From an uncultured Clostridia bacterium (GTDB taxonomy: Bacteria; Bacillota; Clostridia; TANB77; CAG-508), in assembly GCA_934121885.1 (NCBI GenBank), contig CAKOVH010000005.1:11406-75405 (forward strand): 64,000 nucleotides of DNA. The letters are read 5' to 3'. This document shows positions 12,801 to 23,145 of the stretch, piece after piece; position 1 is the stretch's first letter, and the number at the start of each line of letters is the position of its first letter. Below the pieces are notes generated by a model. That model ran no database searches. It worked only from the letters and a program-made list of their open reading frames with translations, and was not told where the DNA came from. The translations under genes and the position numbers were made by a program.

Positions 12801-13173
12801 TGTAATTTGCGTTCCAATCATTTCAACATTTTCATTTGATTTTCCAACAAATTTTAAATTTTTCTTTTCGTTTAATAAAATATCATAAATTAGCATTGAT
12901 TTTCCAAATGAAGATATAGAGTTTATATTTGCTCTTTTTAGTTCATTCATAACTCTATATGCCATACGATTAAATGTAACAACCTCTGCATCTATAACTG
13001 CTAATCTATCAATACTATCCATAAGCTTCTTTTCTGCTGTAAAAGAAAACTGCTCTGGTGTAATTATATAAATTTTTTTATCTGCTCCGTTTGTTTAATT
13101 TTTCTGCTATTTTATTAAATACATATGTACTTTTACCTGTTCCAGACTTACCATATATAATTTGTAACCCCAT
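9813..13173 (-). CDS. addB: ATP-dependent helicase/nuclease subunit B (AddB), reading frame interrupted at an in-frame CGG 28 codons after the start
   Basis: Start ATG 13171-13173 with GAGGAG RBS. First 28 aa (MGLQIIYGKSGTGKSTYVF...) carry the Walker A. In-frame CGG at 13087-13089 is followed by TAA. The +1 frame starting GGA at 13086-13088 continues ...GADKKIYIITPEQFSF... through the RecB nuclease motif (CPFSYYLKYGL) and a C-terminal 4-Cys cluster to the stop at 9813. ORF track shows only 9813..13022. Confidence 0.85.
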
Positions 13174-13193
13174 TATACTCTCCTCTTGTACTT

Positions 13194-14066
13194 TTAAGCT
13201 AAATCTCTTTTCCAATAAAATAAATATTGTTGTGCAATTCCTTCTAAGTTTCCATATTTACTTTTTGCCAAATTTTCAATTTCCTTTTTATTTACTTTTG
13301 TTTCATCTGTATTTTTTATGTATAAATCATTCATTACTCGTCTTACCCATACATCTATTGGAAATACATCAAAGCGTTTTAGTGTAGAAAATAGTAAAAT
13401 ACAATCCGCAACTTTTGGTCCAACACCTGGTAATGTTAAAAGTTCTTCTCTTACCTTTAATGTATCTTCCTCTGCATGTAACTTTTCTAAATTAATATCT
13501 TTATTTAATATTTTTTTAGTTGTTTCATATACACGAACATCTCTAAAACCTAAACCTAAGCTACGTAAATCTTTTACTTCTGCCTTTGATAATTGCTCTG
13601 GTGTAGGAAAGGTATAAAACTCATTACCTTTCCAAATTATTTTATCTCCATAATTTTTTGAAAGTCTATTTATTATCCCCTTTATTCTTGGAATATTGTT
13701 GTTAGCAGATATTATAAATGAAATAATAGTTTCCCATAAATCTTGATTTAATAATCTAATTCCTTCTCCGTATGAAATACTTTCTTTTATATACTGATCT
13801 ACCTTTGAAAGGTCTTTTTTTATTTTTTCATAATCTCTTGATAAATCAAAATATTCTTGGCATACATCTTGTATATCTCCATCACCACAAATACCTGTAA
13901 ACACAATATCATTATTTATTTTTTTTACATTTAAAACATTATTTTTAAAAATTCCTGTGTAACTTCCATCTTCGTTTTCATCCCATCTAAAACATTGCCC
14001 ACAATCAAAAATATGCTTTGGATTAAATGATTTTGCATCTTTTAAAATGTATGTTTGTTCCTTCAT
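13194..14066 (-). CDS. ogg: 8-oxoguanine DNA glycosylase (Ogg, HhH-GPD)
   Basis: 290 aa. CGQCFRW motif, helix-hairpin-helix LPGVGPKVADCILLF ... D catalytic. Confidence 0.85.
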   Translation of the reverse strand: MKEQTYILKDAKSFNPKHIFDCGQCFRWDENEDGSYTGIFKNNVLNVKKINNDIVFTGICGDGDIQDVCQEYFDLSRDYEKIKKDLSKVDQYIKESISYGEGIRLLNQDLWETIISFIISANNNIPRIKGIINRLSKNYGDKIIWKGNEFYTFPTPEQLSKAEVKDLRSLGLGFRDVRVYETTKKILNKDINLEKLHAEEDTLKVREELLTLPGVGPKVADCILLFSTLKRFDVFPIDVWVRRVMNDLYIKNTDETKVNKKEIENLAKSKYGNLEGIAQQYLFYWKRDLA

Positions 14067-14167
14067 AATGCCTCCTAATATTTTAATTTAAAAATATACT
14101 TTTCATACTAAAAATTATACAATTAAATTAAGATAGTGTCAATAGTTTTAAAACTTTTGTTCGTATA

Positions 14168-15040
14168 TTATTTAAATCCTTTTCCCCATGCCTCACGTGC
14201 ATTTGATATTACTATAAATGCTGATGGATCAATTTTTTTAGCAATTTCCTTTATTCTTGCCACTTCATTTCTTGAAGCCACACACCAAAGTATCATTTTT
14301 TCCTCATTTTCATACATTCCCTTTGCGTAAATTCCTGTACTTCCTCTATCTAGTTTTTCTCCTACTTCTTTTGCAATCTCCTCATATTTATTTGATACTA
14401 TAAACATATTTTTAGTAAAATAAATACCTTCAAATACAATATCTATCATTTTTCCCATAATATATATTGCAATTGCAGAATATAATCCTATTTCAACCTT
14501 TTTAAAGAAAATTACATTTAAAAGCACTATAATAATATCAACTATAACAATTAAACTTCCAGTTCTAAAATGTGGTCTGTACGAACGAATAATATATGAT
14601 AACATATCAGTTCCACCTGTTGATGCATGTGCTTTTAATATTATAGCTGTTCCTATTCCTATACATATTCCACCATAAATACATGCTAAAACTCTGTCTG
14701 ATGTTAACGGTTCTATGTTATCAAATAAGTCAATAAAAAAAGCTAGAACAGCTGTACCTATTATTCCTTTAATTGTTGTTTCTTTTCCTACTCTAATAAA
14801 AGCCATTACAAATAATGGTATATTTAAAATAAGCATAGTAGTTCCAAGAGGAAAACCAAATAAATAATATATGATAGTGGCTAAACCAGAAAATCCTCCT
14901 GAAGAAAGCTGGTTTGGAAGTAAAAATAATGATGTTCCTATAGCCATTATCATGCATCCTATTATAATAAGCAAAAAATCCTTTACCCATTTTTTTACGG
15001 ATATATTTGCTTTTTGTTTTTCTAATTTCATAAAAATCAC
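14168..15040 (-). CDS. YitT family membrane protein (DUF161 + DUF2179)
   Basis: 290 aa. Multiple TM segments then a soluble C-terminal domain, typical YitT/YqfU architecture. Confidence 0.7.
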   Translation of the reverse strand: MIFMKLEKQKANISVKKWVKDFLLIIIGCMIMAIGTSLFLLPNQLSSGGFSGLATIIYYLFGFPLGTTMLILNIPLFVMAFIRVGKETTIKGIIGTAVLAFFIDLFDNIEPLTSDRVLACIYGGICIGIGTAIILKAHASTGGTDMLSYIIRSYRPHFRTGSLIVIVDIIIVLLNVIFFKKVEIGLYSAIAIYIMGKMIDIVFEGIYFTKNMFIVSNKYEEIAKEVGEKLDRGSTGIYAKGMYENEEKMILWCVASRNEVARIKEIAKKIDPSAFIVISNAREAWGKGFK

Positions 15041-15082
15041 CTATTATTAGGATTATTTCCTAAAATAGGTGATTATATACTT

Positions 15083-16123
15083 TTATTCATATGTCTTTAA
15101 AATTTCAAGTTTAAATTTTCCTGGTTTTATTTCATCATTTACTTCCACACTAACATCAACTTCATAAATTTCTTTTAGTTTTAGTACATTTTCTTTTTTA
15201 TGTCCAATTATATTATTAATGTTTTCTGAGTTTGCAATTATTTTTACTTTCATTACTTTTGTATTTATCTTTTTTATTTCATTTACTATTGAATCATACC
15301 ACATGCTAGACTCTACTAATTGTCTAAATGCTGGATGAAATGGACCTGCTACTACTTGACTTGATTTTTCTGTTGGATCTGATATTTCCTCAGTATTTTG
15401 CAATCCTATACGAATAACATTAATTTTATTTTTATTAAATAAAGTTACTATATCTTTACATCTTTCAACAGCTTGTGTTACAGTAAGTGGAGTATATTCT
15501 CCATCTTCATATTCTTTAGCTAAAGGCGTGTCTTTTATAACAAGAACAGGATAAACTCTTACTATTTTTGGTTTTAATTTTATAAGTTCTTTTGCAGTAT
15601 TAATTTCATCTTGTTTTGTACTCTCAGGAAGTCCAACCATCATTTGGTGTCCTAATATAAAACCATGCCATCTTATTAATTTAGATGCTTTTTTTACATC
15701 TTCTACAGTATGCCCTCTTTCGCTTCTCTTTAATATGTAATTATTCATAGATTGAACACCAAGTTCAATAGTTTTTACATGGTATTTTTTTAGCATTTTT
15801 AAAATATCTTTGTCTATCGCATCTGGTCTTGTAGATATACGTATACTGTTTACTTTTTTATCCTCAATATATTTTTGTACTGCTTTTAATAATTCTTCTT
15901 GTTTTTCTTTTTCAATTGCAGTAAAGCTTCCTCCAAAAAAAGCAACTTCTACATATTTATTATCATCTTTAAAATTCTTTAAATAATATTCTATTGTTTC
16001 TTCTACATCTTTTGCAGTTACCATTTTTGTTTGTCCACTTATCTTTTTTTGATTGCAAAAAATACAGTTGTGTGGGCATCCTAAATGAGGTACAAATATT
16101 GGAATAATATATTCTTTTTTCAT
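15083..16123 (-). CDS. Radical SAM protein (elongator/TIGR01212-like)
   Basis: 346 aa. CPHNCIFC (CxxxCxxC) at the N-terminus. Position downstream of rnc. Confidence 0.7.
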   Translation of the reverse strand: MKKEYIIPIFVPHLGCPHNCIFCNQKKISGQTKMVTAKDVEETIEYYLKNFKDDNKYVEVAFFGGSFTAIEKEKQEELLKAVQKYIEDKKVNSIRISTRPDAIDKDILKMLKKYHVKTIELGVQSMNNYILKRSERGHTVEDVKKASKLIRWHGFILGHQMMVGLPESTKQDEINTAKELIKLKPKIVRVYPVLVIKDTPLAKEYEDGEYTPLTVTQAVERCKDIVTLFNKNKINVIRIGLQNTEEISDPTEKSSQVVAGPFHPAFRQLVESSMWYDSIVNEIKKINTKVMKVKIIANSENINNIIGHKKENVLKLKEIYEVDVSVEVNDEIKPGKFKLEILKTYE

Positions 16124-16137
16124 AAAACACCTCCACT

Positions 16138-16809
16138 TTAGTTAATATTTTCTAATGCTACTTTTGCTGCATCCATTTCTGCAGATTTTTTTGATTTTCC
16201 CTCTCCTATTGCAAGTTCCTTACCATTACATTCAACCTTTACTACAAAGGTTTTATCGTGGTCTGGTCCACTTGTTTTTATTACTGTATATTTTATTGAA
16301 ACCTCTCCATATCTTTGAAGTTTTTCTTGTAATACAGTTTTGTGGTCTTTCATACCAACATTATTAGTACTAATTTCAATAGCTTCTTTTAAGTTTTCTA
16401 TAATAAATTTTTCTGCCTCAGCAAGTCCTCCGTCAAAATATATTGCTGCTATTACCGCTTCTACGCTATCTGCTAAAATTGCTGGCTTTTGGTTTCCATG
16501 GCAAGCATACTCGCTTTTTCCTGTGTATAAGAAATCACTAAAATTATGCTTATTTGCAACTTTATATAAGCTTTGTTCACATACTACTTCGGCTCTAACT
16601 TTAGTCATTTCTCCTTCTTTTAGTTTTGGATACTTACTATAAATATATTTACTTGATATAAACTCTAATATACTATCCCCCAGAAACTCTAATTTTTCAT
16701 TACTTTCAACTTTATTTTCATATGCATATGAAGTATGTGTAAGTGCATTAATTAGTAAGTTCTTGTCTTTAAATGTATATCCTATACTTTTTTCTAATTC
16801 TTCTAACAT
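16138..16809 (-). CDS. rnc: Ribonuclease III
   Basis: 223 aa. ERLEFLGDS signature, C-terminal dsRBD. Confidence 0.9.
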   Translation of the reverse strand: MLEELEKSIGYTFKDKNLLINALTHTSYAYENKVESNEKLEFLGDSILEFISSKYIYSKYPKLKEGEMTKVRAEVVCEQSLYKVANKHNFSDFLYTGKSEYACHGNQKPAILADSVEAVIAAIYFDGGLAEAEKFIIENLKEAIEISTNNVGMKDHKTVLQEKLQRYGEVSIKYTVIKTSGPDHDKTFVVKVECNGKELAIGEGKSKKSAEMDAAKVALENIN

Positions 16810-16924
16810 TTTTTCACCTCTTTTTTTACAAATTTTGTTATATTATACATCATTATATAATAAAATGCAAATATTAAAATCAGGTCAGATCTCCTTTTTT
16901 AGAAATCTTTGACCTGACCTTAGC

Positions 16925-17581
16925 TTACTTCATTTTTTTAATTGTATCTTTAAAATCCTTTGAATTTATAATTGATGTTCCTGCAACTATTATGTCACAT
17001 CCAGCATTTTTTAATTCATCTACATTTTCTAAATTAATTCCACCATCTGCTTCAATTTCAGTATCTAAATTGTTTTCTTGTATGTATTTCTTTAATTTCT
17101 TTATCTTTTCTATTGTTTCTTTTATTAATTTTTGTCCACCTTGTCCTGGTTCTACTGTCATAACAAGTACAGTATGTATATATGGTAATATATCATATAT
17201 TTTTTCAGCTTCAGTATTAGGTTTAATACTAACTCCAACTTTACAATTGTTTTCCTTAATAAGATTAACAAACTTTAACAATTCCTCTTTATTTTTGCAA
17301 GCTTCATAATGGAATGTTATATTATTAGGTTCAAATATAGCATAACCTTTTATAAATTCTTCTACATCTTGCACCATTAAATGCACATCTAGTGGCACAT
17401 TTGTAATTGACTTTAAATATTCACAATATTCAAGCATTAAATCAATAGTATTGTTCTTTACAAATTCTCCATCCATTACATCTATATGATAATAATCTGT
17501 TCCTGCAGATTCTAAGTTATAAAAAGTTTTTATTGCCTCATCTTTTTTTACACTTAAAATTGATGTTGCTACTTCTGCCAT
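16925..17581 (-). CDS. rpe: Ribulose-phosphate 3-epimerase
   Basis: Start set at MAEVATSILS (ATG 17579-17581, GGAGG RBS). HIDVMDG motif, TIM barrel family. Confidence 0.85.
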   Translation of the reverse strand: MAEVATSILSVKKDEAIKTFYNLESAGTDYYHIDVMDGEFVKNNTIDLMLEYCEYLKSITNVPLDVHLMVQDVEEFIKGYAIFEPNNITFHYEACKNKEELLKFVNLIKENNCKVGVSIKPNTEAEKIYDILPYIHTVLVMTVEPGQGGQKLIKETIEKIKKLKKYIQENNLDTEIEADGGINLENVDELKNAGCDIIVAGTSIINSKDFKDTIKKMK

Positions 17582-18462
17582 TTTCTTTCCTCCTTTTGTT
17601 TTATATCTTGATATATTTTGCAATATCTTTCATATCTTTCTTTTGATATTTTTTCTTCTTTTAATGCTTCTTTTATCCCACATTTTCCTTCTTTAACATG
17701 GCTACATCCCACAAACTCACAATTTTGAATATATGGTATAAACTCTATAAAATAGTGGCATAAATTTTCACTTTCAATTTCATATATATCAAATGTTGAA
17801 AATCCTGGTGTATCAGCTATATAGCTATTTTCATTTATTTTATATAAATTAACTTGAGTTGTTGTATTTTTTCCCCTTTTGTTTTTACTGCTTATCTGTC
17901 CTTCATCTGTTATATCTTTATCAAATAATTTATTAATTAGTGTTGACTTTCCAACACCTGAATTACCTGAAAATGCTGTTGTCTGGTTTTGAAGTTTAGC
18001 TTTTAGCTTGCTTATTCCTTCTCCATCTTTTGCATTTGTTAGAATAACCTCATACCCTATTTTTCTATATGTATTTGAAATATCTAAGCTTACATTTTCA
18101 TCTACTAAATCTATCTTATTTAGACATATAACTGGCTTTATATTTAAGTACTCAGCATATGCTAATTGTTTATCTAGAAGTTCTAAATCAGGTTTTGGAA
18201 GTTTCATTGAAACTACTAAAACGATCTGTGACAGATTTGCCATTTTAGGTCTTTTAACATAATTTACTCTATCTTCAATCTCTTCAATTACACCTATTTT
18301 CTTTTCTTCATCTACAATTTCTATTTTTACTCTATCTCCTGCAACAGGACTGATTTCGTTATTTTTAAACTTTCCTCTTGCATTACAACTATATATTTTA
18401 TTATTTTCTATTTCAACATTATATAAATTCGAAATATTACTTATTACAATTCCTTTTTGCAA
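17569..18462 (-). CDS. rsgA: Ribosome small-subunit-dependent GTPase A (RsgA/YloQ)
   Basis: 297 aa. GNSGVGKSTLINKL P-loop, C-terminal Cys zinc cluster. Confidence 0.9.
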   Translation of the reverse strand: MQKGIVISNISNLYNVEIENNKIYSCNARGKFKNNEISPVAGDRVKIEIVDEEKKIGVIEEIEDRVNYVKRPKMANLSQIVLVVSMKLPKPDLELLDKQLAYAEYLNIKPVICLNKIDLVDENVSLDISNTYRKIGYEVILTNAKDGEGISKLKAKLQNQTTAFSGNSGVGKSTLINKLFDKDITDEGQISSKNKRGKNTTTQVNLYKINENSYIADTPGFSTFDIYEIESENLCHYFIEFIPYIQNCEFVGCSHVKEGKCGIKEALKEEKISKERYERYCKIYQDIKQKEERKWQK

Positions 18463-18527
18463 TGTTTCCTCCTATAATTTAGTTTATAATATTCTATCAC
18501 ATTTACATAGTAATTTCAAAATATTTT

Positions 18528-18575
18528 TAGCTAAAAAAGAAGCAGCAATTATAATTTGCTACTTCTTTTTAGCTA
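18528..18575 (-). terminator. Long near-perfect hairpin between prkC and rsgA, possible attenuator or terminator
   Basis: tagctaaaaaagaagcagcaa / ttgctacttctttttagcta, about 19-bp stem. Overlaps the prkC stop. Confidence 0.4.
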
Positions 18576-20555
18576 ATCAATATTTAATACTGGTTTATCT
18601 ACATTTAGGTTAAATTGTTTAGTAACCTTTCTTATACCGTTAATAAATACTTTTACTTCAATTGTACCTTTTCCAGATACCGTTATATTTATATTTTCAG
18701 TGTCTTTTCTTACATCTTCTTTATATACATTATCTCCATCTGCTGTTACTTGTACATTTACTGTTGAAACACTTATTGTTGGATCAGTTATATTTGCTGT
18801 TTCATCAGCTTTTATTTCCTCTTTTATTAATGACTTCAAGTTAATGTTTATTGTCCCTTCTTTAAGTGCTTGTATTTTATTTACTGTTAATGTAACCTTT
18901 GAACCGTCTTTTACTTCTTTTCCAATGTCAATGCTTTGTTTTAATACAATTCCGTCATCTTTTGAAGTGTCTTCTTCGTAAACAACATCTACTTCAAAGC
19001 CTTTTTTAGTAAGTTTTGTTTTTGCATCAGCCTCTTTACTTCCTATAACATTTTCCATTGTAATCATTTTAGCACCTGTGCTAACATATACCTTAACTGT
19101 TTCACCAGAGTTTGCTTCTGAATCTTGCTCTGGATCTTGTCTTATAACATATCCAGCTTCTACTTTATCACTTGATTCTTCAACTTTTTCTACATTTAAT
19201 GATTGTTCTTCTATTTTATCTTTTGCTTCTTCATATTTTAGACCAACAACTTTTGGAACTTTCTTTATGTCTGTTCCTTTGCTTATAACAATTTTTACAA
19301 TTGAATTTTCTTTTATCATATAATTTTCCATATAAACAGGGTCTTGAGAAATTACTTTTCCTGCTTCAACATTTCTGTCGTACTGTTCTTCTATTTGTAA
19401 TGATAAACTGCTTCCATTTGCCTTTGCCTTTGCTTCTTCCTCTGTCATTGATACAAAGTTTGGAAGTTTTACATCTCTTCCTTTTCCTTTATTTAGTAAA
19501 GCTTTCGTAGCAAAAAATCCCACAATTGGTATTGTAATTAATAAAACTGCAATTATTATATATTTTATTGCTGGATATTTCTTAAATACAGATTCTTTTT
19601 TATTGTTCTTTTCTTTACCTTCATCCTTTTTGCTACTATTTTCGCTTTTTATTTCTTCACTAGGTAATGTTGATAATACCTGTGTATATCCATTCATATT
19701 ATCGTTATTTTCTTTTACAAAATGTCCCTCTGGATTTTTTAGCGCCATACTTAAATCCTTAAGCATTTCTGTTGCTGATTGATATCTTAAGTTTGTATCC
19801 TTTTGCATTGCTTTTAGTATAATTTTGTTTACTGCAAATGGAATTGATGGATTTAGTTTAATTGGTTCCACCGGTTTTTCTTGCATATGTTTTAATGCAA
19901 TTGATACTGGTGTATCGGCATCAAAAGGAACTCTTCCTGTAAGCATTTCATACATTACGATTCCTAATGAGTATAAATCCGATTTTGCGTCTGTAAATCC
20001 ACCTCTTGCGTGTTCTGGTGAGAAATAATGAACTGAACCAATAGTTGTTCCAAAAGCTGTAATTGTTGAATTTGAAACAGCTTTTGCAATTCCAAAGTCT
20101 GTAACTTTAGCAATTCCATCTTCTGTAATAATTATATTGTGTGGTTTAATATCTCTATGTATGATATTATTTTTATGAGCTGTTTCTAGTGCAGATGCAA
20201 TTTGAATAGCAATATTTAAAGACCACTTCCAAGGTAAAACTCCATCTTCATCAATAATTTGTTTTAATGTTTTACCCTGAATTAGTTCCATTACAATATA
20301 GTATATATTTCCTTCACTTCCAACATCATAAATAGATACAATATTTGGGTGTGTAAGACTTGCTGCTGATTGTGCTTCTATATTAAATCTTCTAATAAAT
20401 TCATTATCTGTTGTAAATTCATCTTTTAATACTTTTATTGCTACATTTCTTTTTAATGTTAAGTCTTTTGCTTTATATACTGTTGCCATTCCACCATTCC
20501 CGATTTTTTCTATCATTTCATAGCGGTTTCCTATTATTTTACCTTCTAAATCCAT
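18573..20555 (-). CDS. prkC: Ser/Thr protein kinase with extracellular PASTA repeats (PrkC/Stk1)
   Basis: 660 aa. Kinase subdomains (HRDIKPHN, DFG), TM segment, C-terminal PASTA-like repeats. Confidence 0.9.
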   Translation of the reverse strand: MDLEGKIIGNRYEMIEKIGNGGMATVYKAKDLTLKRNVAIKVLKDEFTTDNEFIRRFNIEAQSAASLTHPNIVSIYDVGSEGNIYYIVMELIQGKTLKQIIDEDGVLPWKWSLNIAIQIASALETAHKNNIIHRDIKPHNIIITEDGIAKVTDFGIAKAVSNSTITAFGTTIGSVHYFSPEHARGGFTDAKSDLYSLGIVMYEMLTGRVPFDADTPVSIALKHMQEKPVEPIKLNPSIPFAVNKIILKAMQKDTNLRYQSATEMLKDLSMALKNPEGHFVKENNDNMNGYTQVLSTLPSEEIKSENSSKKDEGKEKNNKKESVFKKYPAIKYIIIAVLLITIPIVGFFATKALLNKGKGRDVKLPNFVSMTEEEAKAKANGSSLSLQIEEQYDRNVEAGKVISQDPVYMENYMIKENSIVKIVISKGTDIKKVPKVVGLKYEEAKDKIEEQSLNVEKVEESSDKVEAGYVIRQDPEQDSEANSGETVKVYVSTGAKMITMENVIGSKEADAKTKLTKKGFEVDVVYEEDTSKDDGIVLKQSIDIGKEVKDGSKVTLTVNKIQALKEGTININLKSLIKEEIKADETANITDPTISVSTVNVQVTADGDNVYKEDVRKDTENINITVSGKGTIEVKVFINGIRKVTKQFNLNVDKPVLNID

Positions 20556-20568
20556 TAAATTTCTCCCC

Positions 20569-21291
20569 TTACATTATAATTACAACTGTGATATTATCAT
20601 AGCCTCCAGCATTTCTCGCTTCTTCTATTAAAATATCTGCTGCATTTTGTGGATTGTCTTGAATTATATTAAATATTTTTTCCTCTGTTACCATATTTGT
20701 AAGCCCATCAGAGCACATTATTAAAATATCATTTTTTTCAATATTTCTTGCTCTTATATCAGGCTCTACAAAAGGTGTACATCCAAGTGCTTTTATAAGC
20801 ATATTCTTTTTAGGATGAACATTTGCTTCTTCTCTAGTTATGGTTCCATCCTCTACAAGTTTTTGCACATAGCTATGATCCTTTGTAAGTTTTCTCATAA
20901 CACCTTTTCGTATTCTATAAATTCTACTATCTCCTATATGTCCAATATATGCTTTATTATTATATATTAAACAAATCTCTAAAGTAGTACCCATTCCTTC
21001 TAATTCTTCTACTTCTTTTGATTTATCAAATACGACTTTATTTGCGTATATTGCAGCTTGTCTTACAAGCTCTAGTATTCTTTCTTTTAAGCCTTCTGTT
21101 TTTTGGAAATTTAAGTGAACATACTCTTTTACAGCTTCTGTTGCCATTTTACTTGCAATCTCTCCACCTTTGTATCCACCCATTCCATCTGCTAAAATAT
21201 ATAATTGTAAATCACTATCACTTGATGGAATATAGTAATAATCTTGGTTTTGTTCTCTTATTTTTCCAATATCTGATTTGGCAAAAACCAT
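20569..21291 (-). CDS. stp: PP2C-family Ser/Thr phosphatase (Stp/PrpC)
   Basis: 240 aa. GKIREQNQD motif and DGMGG. Confidence 0.9.
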   Translation of the reverse strand: MVFAKSDIGKIREQNQDYYYIPSSDSDLQLYILADGMGGYKGGEIASKMATEAVKEYVHLNFQKTEGLKERILELVRQAAIYANKVVFDKSKEVEELEGMGTTLEICLIYNNKAYIGHIGDSRIYRIRKGVMRKLTKDHSYVQKLVEDGTITREEANVHPKKNMLIKALGCTPFVEPDIRARNIEKNDILIMCSDGLTNMVTEEKIFNIIQDNPQNAADILIEEARNAGGYDNITVVIIM

Positions 21292-21294
21292 ATT

Positions 21295-22332
21295 TTACTG
21301 TTCCTCCTGATTTTTTAAATTCTTTCTTCTTAATTGCCCACATGCTGCATCAATATCAGAACCTAACTCTCTACGAATTGTTGCAACAATTCCATTATCA
21401 TTTAAATAATCTCTAAATTTTATAATATTTTCATTTGTACTTTTTGTATATTTTCCGTTTTCTATTTTATTAATTGGTATTAAATTTACATGACATAGCA
21501 TACCTTTTAATAGTTTTACAAGTTCTTTTGCGTCTTCTAAATTATCATTATTATCTTTTGCTAAAGCATATTCAAATGATATTCTTTTATTAGTTTTCGC
21601 GATATAATCTTTGCAAGCCTTCATTAGTTCTTCAATAGGATACCTTTGGTTTATAGGCATCATACTGCTTCTTTTTTCATTACTTGTTGCATGTAATGAA
21701 ATTGAAAGGGTACATTGTAAATCTTCATTTGCAAAATCATAAATCCTTGGAACTAATCCACTTGTGGAAACACTAATATGTCTTGCACCTATATTTAATC
21801 CCTTTTGATTATTTATAATTCTAATAGCTTTCATTACATTATCATAATTATCAAAAGGCTCTCCAATTCCCATAAATACTATATTTGATATTTTATCTCC
21901 AATATCTTGTTCAACTGCAAGTATTTGTTCCACAATTTCCCCACTTGATAAACTTCTTACAAATTGAATTCCTGTTGAGGCACAAAATTTGCATCCCATT
22001 TTACATCCAATTTGTGATGAAACACATACTGTTTTACCATGATGATATTCCATTAAAACAGTTTCTATTGCATTTCCATCTAGTACATCAAATAAGTATT
22101 TTTTAGTTCCATCTGATGATTCTTGTTTTCTTAATATTTTATAATTGCACATTGTGTAGTTTTCTTTTAATTTTTCTCTTAGTTCCACAGATAAATTTGT
22201 CATTTCATCAAATTCTTTTACTTTGTCTACATATATCCATTTAAAAATCTGTTCTGCACGATACTTTTTTTCTCCAATTGCAACTAATTCTTCTTTTAAT
22301 TCTTCTAAATTATAATCTTTTATATTTTTCAT
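21295..22332 (-). CDS. rlmN: 23S rRNA/tRNA A2503 methyltransferase RlmN (radical SAM)
   Basis: 345 aa. CKMGCKFCAST and MGIGEP motifs. Conserved rlmN-stp-prkC-rsgA-rpe order as in Bacillus yloN region. Confidence 0.9.
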   Translation of the reverse strand: MKNIKDYNLEELKEELVAIGEKKYRAEQIFKWIYVDKVKEFDEMTNLSVELREKLKENYTMCNYKILRKQESSDGTKKYLFDVLDGNAIETVLMEYHHGKTVCVSSQIGCKMGCKFCASTGIQFVRSLSSGEIVEQILAVEQDIGDKISNIVFMGIGEPFDNYDNVMKAIRIINNQKGLNIGARHISVSTSGLVPRIYDFANEDLQCTLSISLHATSNEKRSSMMPINQRYPIEELMKACKDYIAKTNKRISFEYALAKDNNDNLEDAKELVKLLKGMLCHVNLIPINKIENGKYTKSTNENIIKFRDYLNDNGIVATIRRELGSDIDAACGQLRRKNLKNQEEQ

Positions 22333-22403
22333 ATTCTATCTTTCTATTTTTTTCATATTTATATCATATTAGTATCCTTTTTTCAAGTATTTATGCAATC
22401 TTA

Positions 22404-23145
22404 CTACTTTTCAAAAGGAACTCTTTTAAACTCTTCTAGTCTTACTTTGTATGCTTCTATACAATCTTCTTCAAATGCTAATTTTGGTTCTTCTACTCCT
22501 AGTAACTCTATTATTTTTTTAGTAAATAAAGGATTTAAAATAAGTAATGGTCCTGTTAAATATGTTCCAAAGAAATTATTTTTTCTTATTCCCTCATACT
22601 TACATTCTGGGTTTATTCCTATTCCTTTTTCTACTTCTAAGAAATAATTATTATCTATATTTCCATACATCATTGTAAATTGACTTTTAAATCCAACTAC
22701 TTCTATATCCTCAAATTTTCCTGTAAATAGGCTATTATGTCTGTGCATCATGTCTCTTTTTGCATATACATCAAATATTCCGAAGTGCATCTATTTTACT
22801 TTCATCTTCATTTTCTATATATTTTCCAAATATCTCTAAAGCATTTCCTGTACAAAGAAATACCACACCTTTTTCTATTAATTCGTTTATTTTTTCTTTA
22901 TATGGCATTAATTTTTTTATTACTTTTTCTTGTGTTCTTTCTGTCATTGCCCCCATATATATAAATTTTATATCTTCATTTAAAAATGCTGGTTCATCTT
23001 CTATTGATGTTTCTATATATTCCTCATTTGGAAGACATTTTTTTAAGTATTTTATATTACTTATATCTCCAAATAAGTTGCAAAACTCTGGGAATAATAT
23101 TTCTATTTTCATGTATAAATTTTCTCCCTTCCTATTTTTCTTCAT
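22404..23145 (-). CDS. gatD: Lipid II isoglutamine synthase amidotransferase subunit GatD, frame interrupted at an in-frame CGG
   Basis: N-terminal ORF 22771-23145 (catalytic Cys context LCTGNALEIFGKY) and C-terminal ORF 22404-22790 (FFGTYLTGPLL) overlap. In-frame CGG at 22780-22782. Skipping the C gives ...KIDAL-GIFDVYAKRD..., matching the conserved LEGLGILDFY region of GatD. Confidence 0.8.

Noticed and set aside
16860-16924. Possible terminator downstream of rpe
   Set aside because: Only a 7-bp stem with a long loop and weak U-tract. Not confident enough to list.
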